Under the pieces are notes generated by a model. It did not search any database. It was given only the letters and a program-made list of their open reading frames with translations, and was not told the DNA's origin. The translations under genes and the position numbers were made by a program. A stretch of 64,000 nucleotides of DNA, taken from NCBI RefSeq assembly GCF_058153355.1, contig NZ_CM177019.1; one strand, written 5' to 3'. Shown here one piece after another: positions 9,850 through 27,098 of the stretch. Within the stretch, counting starts at the first letter, position 1. Each line of letters starts with the position of its first letter.

Positions 9850-11355
9850 TTACGACGCCAGCGACAACCTCTGCTGCGTATACTCCCCCAGCCACTGACT
9901 CACACGGGATTGTTGCTGCGCATTCAGCCACATGCCTTGTTTTGTGCGACGCCACAGGGCATCGTCGGCGCGGCGGACCCATTCGTGATCCACAAGGTAT
10001 TTCAGCTCCGCTTCGTAGAACTCATGACCGAAATCTTCCCCGAGATCGCCTATCGCCCCCGCATTGCCGAGCAGCAGCTCGCTGTTGCTGCCGTAAGTGC
10101 GCGCGTAGTGACGTGCCAGCGATTCAGTCAGGAACGGATAACGGCGGCGCAAGCGAGCGGCATAATCGTCGCGGTCGCCCTCGATGGCACCACCCGGCAG
10201 CACGCTCTCTTTCGTCCACGCCGGGCCAATGCCCTGATAATACGGCGTCAGTTTTTCCAGCGCGTGCTCCGCCAGTTTGCGGTAGGTGGTCAGCTTACCG
10301 CCGAATACCGATAACAGCGGAGCTTTGCCGTTTTCATCATGGATATCGAGCGTGTAATCACGGGTAATGGCCTGCGGCGAATCGGACTCATCATCACACA
10401 GTGGACGCACGCCGGAGTAGGTCCAGACGATATCATCCCGGCTTAGCGGCTTTTTAAAGTGCGCGTTATACACTTTCAGCAGGTAATTGATTTCACTCTC
10501 TTCAATCTTCACCGCTTTCGGATCGCCTTTATACTCCACATCGGTGGTGCCGATAATGGAAAACTCGTCCATCCACGGGATCACGAAGACAATACGTTTA
10601 TCTTCGTTTTGCAGAATGTAGGCTTGCTTCTGGGTATGCACACGCGGCACGACAATATGGCTGCCTTTGATCAGGCGAATGCCATAAGGTGAGGGTAGAT
10701 GCATACCGTCGTCGAAGAACTGCTTCACCCACGGGCCGGTGGCGTTCACGAGGCCGCGCGCTTGCCAGCTATATTTTTTGCCGGTATCGATATCTTCCGC
10801 TTCCACAATCCACAGGCCGTTTTCGCGGCGAGCAGAAGTGGCACGAGTACGGGTAAGCACTTCACCGCCTTTACGCACCACCATCTGGGCGTTGGCGAGT
10901 ACCAGACGGGCGTCGTCTACCCAACAGTCGGAATATTCGAATCCGCGCTTAATTTCCGGTTTTAACACTGAATTTGCGCCAAAACGCAAACCGGTTGATC
11001 CCGGCAGGCTGGTGCGTTTACCCAGATGATCGTACATAAACAGACCAATACGGATCATCCACGCCGGACGCAGACGCGGGCGATGCGGCAGGCGAAAACG
11101 CATCGGGAAAGCGATATGGGGAGCCATTTTCAGCAACACTTCACGTTCAGCCAGCGCCTCGCTGACCAGGCGGAATTCATAGTGCTCAAGGTAGCGCAGG
11201 CCACCATGAATGAGTTTTGAACTGGCGGAAGAGGTCGCACAAGCGAGATCCTGCGCCTCCAGCATCAGCACGGATAAACCGCGTCCAGCGGCGTCTGCCG
11301 CGATACCAGCACCATTGATGCCGCCACCTATCACAATCAGATCTTTGGTTTCCAT
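9850..11355 (-). CDS. glpD: aerobic glycerol-3-phosphate dehydrogenase
   Basis: 501 aa from METKDLIVIGGGINGAGIAADAAGRG (FAD-binding motif); track ORF is extended 5 codons. Confidence 0.94.
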   Translation of the reverse strand: METKDLIVIGGGINGAGIAADAAGRGLSVLMLEAQDLACATSSASSKLIHGGLRYLEHYEFRLVSEALAEREVLLKMAPHIAFPMRFRLPHRPRLRPAWMIRIGLFMYDHLGKRTSLPGSTGLRFGANSVLKPEIKRGFEYSDCWVDDARLVLANAQMVVRKGGEVLTRTRATSARRENGLWIVEAEDIDTGKKYSWQARGLVNATGPWVKQFFDDGMHLPSPYGIRLIKGSHIVVPRVHTQKQAYILQNEDKRIVFVIPWMDEFSIIGTTDVEYKGDPKAVKIEESEINYLLKVYNAHFKKPLSRDDIVWTYSGVRPLCDDESDSPQAITRDYTLDIHDENGKAPLLSVFGGKLTTYRKLAEHALEKLTPYYQGIGPAWTKESVLPGGAIEGDRDDYAARLRRRYPFLTESLARHYARTYGSNSELLLGNAGAIGDLGEDFGHEFYEAELKYLVDHEWVRRADDALWRRTKQGMWLNAQQQSRVSQWLGEYTQQRLSLAS

Positions 11356-11388
11356 GCTGCCCTCATTCACTTTCGTTAAAGCTCATAA

Positions 11389-11406
11389 ATGTTCGTTATC
11401 GAACAT
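11389..11406. promoter_or_regulatory. GlpR operator (perfect palindrome) in the glpD/glpEGR control region
   Basis: ATGTTCGTTATCGAACAT is a perfect inverted repeat matching GlpR half-sites, 34-51 bp upstream of the glpD start. Confidence 0.55.
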
Positions 11407-11466
11407 ATTAGCAAAGAATCGCGCTTTGGGTAACATTGAAAAAACATTTTAGAGTGATATGTATAA

Positions 11467-11871
<405 letters not shown>

Positions 11872-11903
11872 CGCTTTATACTGTCCCCTTTTGTGTGGAA
11901 TAA

Positions 11904-12746
<843 letters not shown>

Positions 12747-12762
12747 TTCCAGGGATTTATAA

Positions 12763-13521
12763 ATGAAACAAACACAACGTCACAACGGTATTATTGAACT
12801 GGTTAAACAGCAGGGTTATGTCAGCACCGAAGAACTGGTGGAACACTTCTCCGTCAGTCCGCAGACTATTCGTCGTGACCTCAACGAGCTGGCGGAGCAA
12901 AACCTGATCCTGCGTCACCATGGCGGCGCGGCACTGCCTTCCAGTTCGGTTAACACGCCGTGGCACGATCGTAAGGCCACCCAGACCGAAGAAAAAGAGC
13001 GTATTGCCCGCAAAGTGGCGGAGCAAATTCCTAACGGCTCGACGCTATTTATTGATATCGGCACCACGCCGGAAGCGGTGGCGCACGCGCTGCTTAATCA
13101 CAGCAATTTGCGCATTGTGACCAACAATCTCAACGTCGCTAACACGCTGATGGTAAAAGAAGATTTTCGCATCATTCTTGCAGGTGGCGAATTACGCAGC
13201 CGCGATGGTGGGATCATTGGCGAAGCGACGCTCGATTTTATCTCCCAGTTCCGCCTTGATTTCGGGATTCTGGGGATCAGCGGCATCGATAGCGACGGCT
13301 CGCTGCTGGAGTTCGATTACCACGAAGTTCGCACCAAACGCGCTATTATTGAGAACTCGCGCCACGTTATGCTGGTTGTCGATCACTCGAAATTTGGCCG
13401 TAATGCGATGGTCAATATGGGCAGCATCAGCATGGTCGATGCCGTCTACACCGACGCCCCGCCACCAGCGAGCGTGATGCAGGTGCTGACAGACCATCAT
13501 ATTCAGCTGGAGCTGTGCTGA
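12763..13521 (+). CDS. glpR: glycerol-3-phosphate regulon repressor GlpR (DeoR family)
   Basis: 252 aa; N-terminal helix-turn-helix; conserved position after glpG. Confidence 0.93.
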   Translation: MKQTQRHNGIIELVKQQGYVSTEELVEHFSVSPQTIRRDLNELAEQNLILRHHGGAALPSSSVNTPWHDRKATQTEEKERIARKVAEQIPNGSTLFIDIGTTPEAVAHALLNHSNLRIVTNNLNVANTLMVKEDFRIILAGGELRSRDGGIIGEATLDFISQFRLDFGILGISGIDSDGSLLEFDYHEVRTKRAIIENSRHVMLVVDHSKFGRNAMVNMGSISMVDAVYTDAPPPASVMQVLTDHHIQLELC

Positions 13522-15101
13522 TCCTGCACGGCTTCCCACGTCAGACCAAAACGCGCCAGGTATTTGCGTAGCCGATCCGCGTCGTTGACGCTGGCTTTGC
13601 CCTGGCGCGAAACATCAAAGAGTTCACGCCCGGCAGCGGAAAGCGATTTTGCCTGACGGCAGATAGCGATAACGTGTTCCAGTTGCAGCCGATCAAAGAG
13701 GTCGATGTTTTCCGCTTCAGTGCCCAGTAGCTGCTTAAGCGCAGAAGAGCGGCTATCCTGCCAGTTGTAGCGTAGACGGTTTATCTCATCTTCTACGGTT
13801 TCAAGGGTGATACGCCCACTATCGGCAAACGTCGCCATGCGTGTGACGCTGGCAGAAAGTTCGCGAAAGTTACCGCGCCATGCTGCCTGAGATGATGTCG
13901 CAAAGGCCAGCCAGGCGCGCCTCGCTTCGGTGTTAAAACGCACGCTGTCGCCGGTAAGTGAGGCGTGGCGCTCCACTTCATAATCCAGGTTCGGTTCAAT
14001 ATCTTCCTGGCGCTGGCGTAGACCCGGCAGGGTGAAGGTCCAGAGATTGATCCGCGCGTACAGGTCTTCGCGAAATTTGCCTTCGGCAACCAGCTGACGC
14101 AAATCGCGCACCGTTCCGGCGATCAGCTGAAAATCACTGCTCACCAGGCGATCGCTACCAAACGGGTAAAAGGTTTTCTCTTCAATGGCTTTTAGCAACA
14201 TTGCCTGTTCGTCTGCGCCCAGTTCGCCAATCTCATCAAGAAACAACATGCCGCCGTTGGCGCTGCGTAATAACCCTTCACGAGATTCCCGCGCCCCGGT
14301 AAACGCGCCTTTCACATGACCAAACAGCGCGGACATGGCGGTATCGCCACGCAGAGTGGCGCAGTTCACTTCCACAAACGCGCCGCTAAACTGATGCCGC
14401 GCCTGTTTTAACTCGAAGATGCGTCGTGCCAGAAACGACTTTCCCGCACCGGTTGGGCCGTTGAGCAGGATCGGTGCGCGGGATCTAATCGCCACTTTTT
14501 CGATCTGCTCAATCATGCGGTTGAAGTGGGCGTTACGCGTGGCAATGCCGGATTTGAGGAAATCGAGGGTTTGCTGGCGTTCTTCGGCAAAGCGGCTGGC
14601 AATAGCGTTATAACGGCTTAAATCGAGATCGATAATCGTCACCGCACCAGGGCTGTTGGGCTGTTCTTTTTTACGCGGTGGCGAAGATTGTATTAACCTG
14701 GCGGGCAGGTAACGTGCTTCCGCCAGCAGAAACCAGCAAATCTGCGCGACGTGGGTACCGGTGGTGATGTGAATTAAATAGTCTTCTTTATCAGGTTGGA
14801 ATGCGTAACCACGGGCAAAATCATGCAGGCAGGCGTAAACCTCCTCGAAATCCCATGGGTTATGCAGTTCAATCTCAACGCCCACCACTTCTGTTTCTGG
14901 CGAAACATTGGCGATATCGCGTTTAAGCGTTTCAAACAGCGAGCGTGAGCGGACGTCGTGCAACAATTCCAGTCGATCGATGACTAACGATTCTTGCTGG
15001 CATAGACAGAGTGACGGACGCCATTTCGACCATCGCTGACTGCCGCGCCCGGCATAATCCAGTACGGTGCCGACAAAGCCAAAAGCCACTGTTTTACGCA
15101 T
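13503..15101 (-). CDS. rtcR: sigma54-dependent transcriptional activator RtcR
   Basis: 532 aa; AAA+ sigma54-interaction domain (GPTGAGKS Walker A, GAFTGA motif); divergent from rtcBA; 3' end overlaps glpR by 19 bp. Confidence 0.9.
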   Translation of the reverse strand: MRKTVAFGFVGTVLDYAGRGSQRWSKWRPSLCLCQQESLVIDRLELLHDVRSRSLFETLKRDIANVSPETEVVGVEIELHNPWDFEEVYACLHDFARGYAFQPDKEDYLIHITTGTHVAQICWFLLAEARYLPARLIQSSPPRKKEQPNSPGAVTIIDLDLSRYNAIASRFAEERQQTLDFLKSGIATRNAHFNRMIEQIEKVAIRSRAPILLNGPTGAGKSFLARRIFELKQARHQFSGAFVEVNCATLRGDTAMSALFGHVKGAFTGARESREGLLRSANGGMLFLDEIGELGADEQAMLLKAIEEKTFYPFGSDRLVSSDFQLIAGTVRDLRQLVAEGKFREDLYARINLWTFTLPGLRQRQEDIEPNLDYEVERHASLTGDSVRFNTEARRAWLAFATSSQAAWRGNFRELSASVTRMATFADSGRITLETVEDEINRLRYNWQDSRSSALKQLLGTEAENIDLFDRLQLEHVIAICRQAKSLSAAGRELFDVSRQGKASVNDADRLRKYLARFGLTWEAVQDQHSSS

Positions 15102-15235
15102 CTTAGATATCCTTATAAAAGACGATATTTCATTATCGGCGAATTGGCTTTGCGGGAAATCTCCGTTTACGGACGTACAGATTTTATCTATTTAAAAACA
15201 ATGAATTAAAAAATTAAGCTGCTTATTTAATTTTC

Positions 15236-15251
15236 TGGCACGACGGTTGCA
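15236..15251 (+). promoter_or_regulatory. sigma54 promoter of rtcBA
   Basis: TGGCAC-N5-TTGCA, a perfect -24/-12 sigma54 element, ~40 bp upstream of the rtcB start. Confidence 0.7.
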
Positions 15252-15289
15252 ATTATCTGGACAGCAAACAACGAAAAGAGAAAAACAAA

Positions 15290-16507
15290 ATGAATTACGA
15301 ATTACTGACCACTGAAAATGTCCCGGTAAAAATGTGGACCAAAGGCGTACCGGTAGAAGACGATGCGCGTCAGCAACTGATAAATACGGCGAAGATGCCG
15401 TTTATTTTCAAACATATTGCGGTAATGCCTGATGTACATCTGGGTAAAGGTTCCACCATTGGTAGCGTGATCCCGACCAAAGGGGCGATTATTCCGGCGG
15501 CGGTGGGGGTAGATATCGGTTGTGGAATGAACGCACTGCGAACTGCGTTAACGGCGGCTGACCTGCCTGAAAACCTGGCGGAGTTGCGTCAGGCGATTGA
15601 AGCTGCCGTGCCGCACGGACGTTCCAATAATCGTAGCCGTCGTGATAAAGGCGCATGGGAGAATCCGCCTGTTAACGTCGATGCGAAATGGGCTGAGCTT
15701 GAAGCCGGTTATCAGTGGTTAACGCAAAAATATCCGCGTTTCCTTAATACCAATAACTATAAACACCTGGGAACGGGAAACCACTTTATTGAAATCTGTC
15801 TTGATGAGTCGGACCAGGTGTGGATTATGCTGCACTCCGGTTCACGCGGAATCGGTAATGCCATCGGGACTTACTTTATCGATCTGGCGCAAAAAGAGAT
15901 GCAGGAAACGCTTGAAACGTTGCCATCGCGTGACCTGGCGTACTTTATGGAAGGTACGGAATATTTTGACGATTACCTGAAAGCGGTGGCCTGGGCGCAG
16001 CTTTTTGCCAGCCTTAACCGCGATGCGATGATGGAAAATGTGGTAACGGCGTTGCAGAGCGTTACGCAGAAAACGGTAAGACAGCCACAAACGCTGGCGA
16101 TGGAAGAGATCAACTGTCACCACAACTATGTGCAAAAAGAACAGCACTTTGGCGAAGAGATCTATGTGACGCGTAAAGGCGCGGTGTCTGCGCGTGCTGG
16201 TCAATATGGAATTATTCCCGGTTCGATGGGGGCGAAAAGCTTTATTGTCCGTGGGCTGGGAAATGAAGAGTCGTTCTGTTCGTGCAGCCACGGTGCCGGG
16301 CGGGTAATGAGCCGTACTAAAGCGAAAAAACTGTTCAGCGTGGAAGATCAAATTCGTGCTACCGCGCATGTGGAATGCCGTAAAGATGCCGAAGTGATCG
16401 ACGAAATCCCGATGGCGTATAAAGATATCGACGCGGTGATGGCGGCACAAAGCGATCTGGTGGAAGTAATCTACACCCTGCGTCAGGTGGTGTGTGTAAA
16501 AGGATAA
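15290..16507 (+). CDS. rtcB: RNA-splicing ligase RtcB
   Basis: 405 aa; conserved Asp75/Cys78 (DIGCG) and GNHF motif. Three residues shorter than my recollection of the K-12 protein (see findings). Confidence 0.9.
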   Translation: MNYELLTTENVPVKMWTKGVPVEDDARQQLINTAKMPFIFKHIAVMPDVHLGKGSTIGSVIPTKGAIIPAAVGVDIGCGMNALRTALTAADLPENLAELRQAIEAAVPHGRSNNRSRRDKGAWENPPVNVDAKWAELEAGYQWLTQKYPRFLNTNNYKHLGTGNHFIEICLDESDQVWIMLHSGSRGIGNAIGTYFIDLAQKEMQETLETLPSRDLAYFMEGTEYFDDYLKAVAWAQLFASLNRDAMMENVVTALQSVTQKTVRQPQTLAMEEINCHHNYVQKEQHFGEEIYVTRKGAVSARAGQYGIIPGSMGAKSFIVRGLGNEESFCSCSHGAGRVMSRTKAKKLFSVEDQIRATAHVECRKDAEVIDEIPMAYKDIDAVMAAQSDLVEVIYTLRQVVCVKG

Positions 16508-17527
<1,020 letters not shown>

Positions 17528-17569
17528 TGCAGAGATGTAAGCCGGATCTGGCGCGTTAACCGGCTAAAC

Positions 17570-20281
<2,712 letters not shown>

Positions 20282-20794
20282 TCACTTCACTGTGGAAAAT
20301 GAGGAAATATTATTTTTTTTGCGCTTCGTAATTAATGGTTATAAGGTCGGCCAGAAACCCTTCTAATGCAAGCGATGACGTTTTTTTATGTGTCTGAATT
20401 TGCACTGTGTCACAATTCCAAATGTTTATTAACAACTCACCTAATAACGACGCTGATGCAGCGTGAATACTGGGTTTTACGGTATTTTCCTCATGTTCAT
20501 CAGTTTCATTTAAGCAAGGGAGTCTTCTCAATTCCTGATGAAAGAGCCATCTAAAAAGAGGATCTTAATAAACCTATTAAGAATGAGATGGAGCAAACTG
20601 GATGTTTTACTTATGAAACTGTTTCACTCCTTTACTTAATTTATAGAGTTACCTTCCGCCTTTTGAAAATACACAACGGCCATTTTTTGCACTTAGATAC
20701 AGATTTTCTGCGCTGTATGGCATTGATTTGCTGCTAATCCTGTGGATTGCACTAGGTTTAAGTGGTCGAGATCACATTTCCTTACTCATCCCCG

Positions 20795-23292
<2,498 letters not shown>

Positions 23293-23301
23293 GGAAGCTC
23301 G

Positions 23302-25386
23302 ATGGAAAGCAAACGTCTGGATAATGCCGCGCTGGCGGCGGGGATCAGCCCCAATTACATCAATGCCCACGGTAAACCGCAGTCGATTAGCGCCGAAACC
23401 AAACGGCGTTTGCTTGACGCGATGCATCAACGTACCGCCACGAAAGTGGCGGTAACGCCAGTCCCGAATGTCATGGTCTATACCAGCGGCAAAAAAATGC
23501 CGATGGCGGTGGAGGGCAGCGGCGAGTATAGCTGGCTGCTGACCACCGAAGAAGGAACGCAGTACAAAGGCCATGTAACGGGGGGCAAAGCGTTCAATTT
23601 ACCGACGAAGTTGCCGGAAGGTTATCACACGTTGACACTCACCCAGGACGACCAGCGCGCGCATTGTCGGGTGATTGTCGCCCCGAAACGCTGTTACGAA
23701 CCGCAGGCGTTGCTGAATAAACAAAAGCTGTGGGGCGCCTGCGTCCAGCTTTATACGCTGCGATCGGAAAAAAACTGGGGTATTGGGGATTTTGGCGATC
23801 TCAAAGTGATGCTGGTGGATGTGGCAAAACGTGGCGGGGCTTTCATCGGTCTGAACCCGATTCATGCGCTCTATCCGGCAAATCCAGAAAGTGCCAGCCC
23901 GTATAGCCCGTCTTCTCGTCGCTGGCTAAATGTGGTTTATATCGACGTTAACGCCGTCGAAGATTTCCATCTTAGCGAAGAGGCTCAGGCCTGGTGGCAG
24001 TTACCGACCACGCAACAGACGCTGCAACAGGCGCGGGATGCCGACTGGGTCGATTACTCCACCGTCACTGCGCTGAAAATGACAGCATTGCGGCTAGCGT
24101 GGAAAGGTTTTGCGCAACGTGATGATGAGCAGATGGCCGCGTTTCGCCAGTTTGTTGCAGAGCAGGGCGACAGCCTGTTCTGGCAGGCGGCGTTTGACGC
24201 GTTACATGCCCAGCAAGTGAAAGAAGACGAAATGCGCTGGGGCTGGCCTGCATGGCCAGAGATGTATCAGAACGTGGATTCACCAGAAGTGCGTCAGTTC
24301 TGCGAAGAACATCGTGATGACGTCGATTTTTATCTCTGGTTGCAGTGGCTGGCTTACAGCCAGTTTGCCGCCTGCTGGGAGATAAGCCAGGGCCATGAAA
24401 TGCCGATTGGCTTGTACCGTGATCTGGCGGTTGGCGTAGCGGAAGGTGGGGCGGAAACCTGGTGCGACCGTGAACTGTATTGCCTGAAAGCGTCGGTGGG
24501 CGCACCGCCGGATATCCTTGGCCCGCTGGGGCAGAACTGGGGATTGCCGCCGATGGATCCGCATATCATCACCGCGCGTGCCTATGAACCGTTTATCGAG
24601 CTGTTGCGTGCCAATATGCAAAACTGCGGCGCGTTGCGAATTGACCATGTGATGTCGATGCTGCGTTTGTGGTGGATACCGTATGGCGAGACGGCAGATC
24701 AGGGCGCGTATGTTCACTATCCGGTAGATGATCTGCTCTCGATTTTGGCACTCGAAAGTAAGCGCCATCGCTGCATGGTGATTGGTGAAGACCTCGGCAC
24801 TGTACCGGTAGAGATTGTCGGCAAGCTGCGCAGCAGCGGTGTGTACTCCTACAAAGTGCTCTATTTCGAAAGCGACCACGAGAAGACGTTCCGTGCACCG
24901 AAAGCGTATCCGGAGCAGTCGATGGCGGTTGCGGCGACACACGACCTGCCTACACTGCGTGGCTACTGGGAGAGCGGGGATTTAACGCTCGGCAAAACGC
25001 TGGGGCTGTACCCGGATGAAGACGTGCTGCAAGGTTTGTATGAAGATCGCGAACTGGCGAAGCAAGGGCTGCTGGATGCGCTGCATAAATATGGCTGTCT
25101 GCCAAAACGTGCCGGGCATAAGGCATCGTTGATGTCGATGACGCCGACGCTGAATCGTGGTTTGCAACGTTATATCGCTGACAGCAACAGCGCCCTGTTA
25201 GGGCTACAGCCAGAAGACTGGCTGGATATGGCGGACCCGGTGAATATCCCCGGCACCAGTTACCAGTATAAAAACTGGCGACGTAAGCTTTCTGCAACGC
25301 TTGAGACGATGTTTGCCGATGATGGCGTGAACAAGTTGATTAAGGATCTGGACAAGCGGCGCAGGGCGGTAGGGAAGAAGAAATAG
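23302..25386 (+). CDS. malQ: 4-alpha-glucanotransferase (amylomaltase)
   Basis: 694 aa; immediately downstream of malP. Confidence 0.95.
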   Translation: MESKRLDNAALAAGISPNYINAHGKPQSISAETKRRLLDAMHQRTATKVAVTPVPNVMVYTSGKKMPMAVEGSGEYSWLLTTEEGTQYKGHVTGGKAFNLPTKLPEGYHTLTLTQDDQRAHCRVIVAPKRCYEPQALLNKQKLWGACVQLYTLRSEKNWGIGDFGDLKVMLVDVAKRGGAFIGLNPIHALYPANPESASPYSPSSRRWLNVVYIDVNAVEDFHLSEEAQAWWQLPTTQQTLQQARDADWVDYSTVTALKMTALRLAWKGFAQRDDEQMAAFRQFVAEQGDSLFWQAAFDALHAQQVKEDEMRWGWPAWPEMYQNVDSPEVRQFCEEHRDDVDFYLWLQWLAYSQFAACWEISQGHEMPIGLYRDLAVGVAEGGAETWCDRELYCLKASVGAPPDILGPLGQNWGLPPMDPHIITARAYEPFIELLRANMQNCGALRIDHVMSMLRLWWIPYGETADQGAYVHYPVDDLLSILALESKRHRCMVIGEDLGTVPVEIVGKLRSSGVYSYKVLYFESDHEKTFRAPKAYPEQSMAVAATHDLPTLRGYWESGDLTLGKTLGLYPDEDVLQGLYEDRELAKQGLLDALHKYGCLPKRAGHKASLMSMTPTLNRGLQRYIADSNSALLGLQPEDWLDMADPVNIPGTSYQYKNWRRKLSATLETMFADDGVNKLIKDLDKRRRAVGKKK

Positions 25387-25398
25387 AGTGCGATTGAT

Positions 25399-25419
25399 GC
25401 CGGATGCGATGCATCCGGC
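25399..25419. terminator. intergenic hairpin between convergent malQ and gntT
   Basis: gccggatgc-gat-gcatccggc perfect stem-loop; no clear U-tract, so terminator function is uncertain. Confidence 0.35.
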
Positions 25420-25430
25420 AGTCAGTGTTA

Positions 25431-26747
25431 TCAAATCACCATATTCAGCAGCAGACAGCCTACCAGACCGCACACCGAGATAATGGTTTCCAGCATCGAC
25501 CAGGACTTGATGGTCTCGCCGATAGTCAGGTTAAAGTACTCTTTGAACAGCCAGAAGCCCGGATCGTTCACGTGAGAGAAAATCACACTACCGGAACCAA
25601 CCGCAATAACCATCAGCTCCGGGCTAACGCCTGTCGTTGCAATCAGTGGTGCCGCGATACCCCCCGCAGTGATTGCCGCAACGGTTGCGGAACCCAGCGC
25701 GATACGCAGTACGGCGGCAATCGACCAGGCCATCAGCAGCGGAGAAATGTTGGTTTCGTGCATCATGGAAGCAATGTATTTGTCCACGCCGCTGTCTACC
25801 AGCACCTGCTTGAACGCACCGCCACCACCGATGATCAACAGCATCATCGCGATGATTTTGATGGAAGAAACCAGCGTGTCGTTAATCTGATCCATTGAAC
25901 GACCACGGTTCAGACCAAAGGTGAACATCGCAATCAACACGGCAATCAGCGTTGCCATTACCGGGTCACCGAGGAACTCCGCCACTGGCAGGAAAGCGTG
26001 ACCTTTCGGCAGGATCATTTCGGCAATTGCACGCATCGCCATCAGCACAACCGGCACCAGAGAAGTCCAGACGCTGACGCCAAAGCTTGGCATCTCTTCT
26101 TCGCTGAAGGTTTTCGCGCTGTACAGACCTTCCGGGATTGGCTTATCGATACCTTTCAGCACGCGAGCGTAAACCGGACCCGCGAGAATAACGGTCGGGA
26201 TTGCCAGAATAGTCCCGTACAGCAGGGTTTTACCCATATCGGCATTGAAAATGGTGGCAATCGCAGTTGGGCCCGGATGTGGCGGCAGGAAGCCGTGGGT
26301 CACAGACAGCGCAGCCGCCATTGGTACACCAACATACAGCAGCGGAATATTCGCGGAAGCCGCGATGGTAAACACCAGCGGCAGCATTAGCACGAAGCCC
26401 ACTTCATAGAACAGGGCAAAACCGACAGTAAAACCGGTTAACACTACCGCCCATTGGATGTGTTTTTTACCAAATTTGGCAATCAGCGTGGTGGCGATAC
26501 GTTGTGCACCACCGCAGTCTGCCAGCATTTTGCCCAGCATCGCGCCAAAACCCATGATCAGGGCAAGGCTACCGAGCGTCCCGCCGACACCAGCTTTGAT
26601 GGAGCCAATAACTTTATCCAGCGGCATTCCCTGCATTAATCCAACAGCAAGCGCCACGAGGACGAGAGCGATGAATCCGTTCATTTTGAAGCGGATCATC
26701 AGGAGCAACAACAAGATTACACCGATAGCAACAATGACTAATGGCAT
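25431..26747 (-). CDS. gntT: high-affinity gluconate transporter GntT
   Basis: 438 aa GntP-family permease. Confidence 0.93.
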   Translation of the reverse strand: MPLVIVAIGVILLLLLMIRFKMNGFIALVLVALAVGLMQGMPLDKVIGSIKAGVGGTLGSLALIMGFGAMLGKMLADCGGAQRIATTLIAKFGKKHIQWAVVLTGFTVGFALFYEVGFVLMLPLVFTIAASANIPLLYVGVPMAAALSVTHGFLPPHPGPTAIATIFNADMGKTLLYGTILAIPTVILAGPVYARVLKGIDKPIPEGLYSAKTFSEEEMPSFGVSVWTSLVPVVLMAMRAIAEMILPKGHAFLPVAEFLGDPVMATLIAVLIAMFTFGLNRGRSMDQINDTLVSSIKIIAMMLLIIGGGGAFKQVLVDSGVDKYIASMMHETNISPLLMAWSIAAVLRIALGSATVAAITAGGIAAPLIATTGVSPELMVIAVGSGSVIFSHVNDPGFWLFKEYFNLTIGETIKSWSMLETIISVCGLVGCLLLNMVI

Positions 26748-26895
26748 GATTTACCTGGCCTTTCATTTGTTATGGGTAACGTCAATTTTCTGACGACAAA
26801 CTCTAATTATCCCAATCGGGAACAGAGATATTGCGGCACCACGACTGATACCCACTAAAACTAATTATTGTAGTCAGATGTCAGGAGTATGTTTG

Positions 26896-26923
26896 GTACC
26901 CGCGTGAATGATACGGGTAACAT
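26896..26923 (-). promoter_or_regulatory. putative GntR operator upstream of gntT
   Basis: Minus strand reads ATGTTACCCGTATCATTCACGCGGGTAC, containing a TGTTACCCGTA half-site; recalled from the gluconate regulon, not verified. Confidence 0.4.
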
Positions 26924-27042
26924 CTGGCGTTTGAGAATCACCAGAGCGGGGTAAATTTAAATTATGAGAGGTTGGTCATATTATCGCGGGGAAACGTAGG
27001 GACTGGATTTGCCGAGGCAATGTAGCGCCAACGCCTGGCAGA

Positions 27043-27077
27043 CGGCCCGATAAGACGCTTTAGCGTCGCATCGGGCA
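27043..27077. repeat. REP-like palindromic unit
   Basis: ccgataagacgctttagcgtcgcatcggg inverted repeat between nfuA and gntT. Confidence 0.4.
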
Positions 27078-27098
27078 ATCTATAAAAGAGAGGATAAC

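Noticed and set aside
9910-11452. Several 60-140 aa ORFs on the + strand (for example 9910..10314, 9942..10367, 10739..11029) inside glpD
   Set aside because: They lie antisense to a well-supported full-length glpD and have Arg/Pro/Ala-rich low-complexity translations typical of antisense frames in GC-rich coding DNA.
20395-20425. CRP site in the malT promoter region (aattgtgacacagtgcaaattc on the minus strand)
   Set aside because: Only a partial match to TGTGA-N6-TCACA; position relative to the malT transcription start could not be verified, so it was left out of the feature list.
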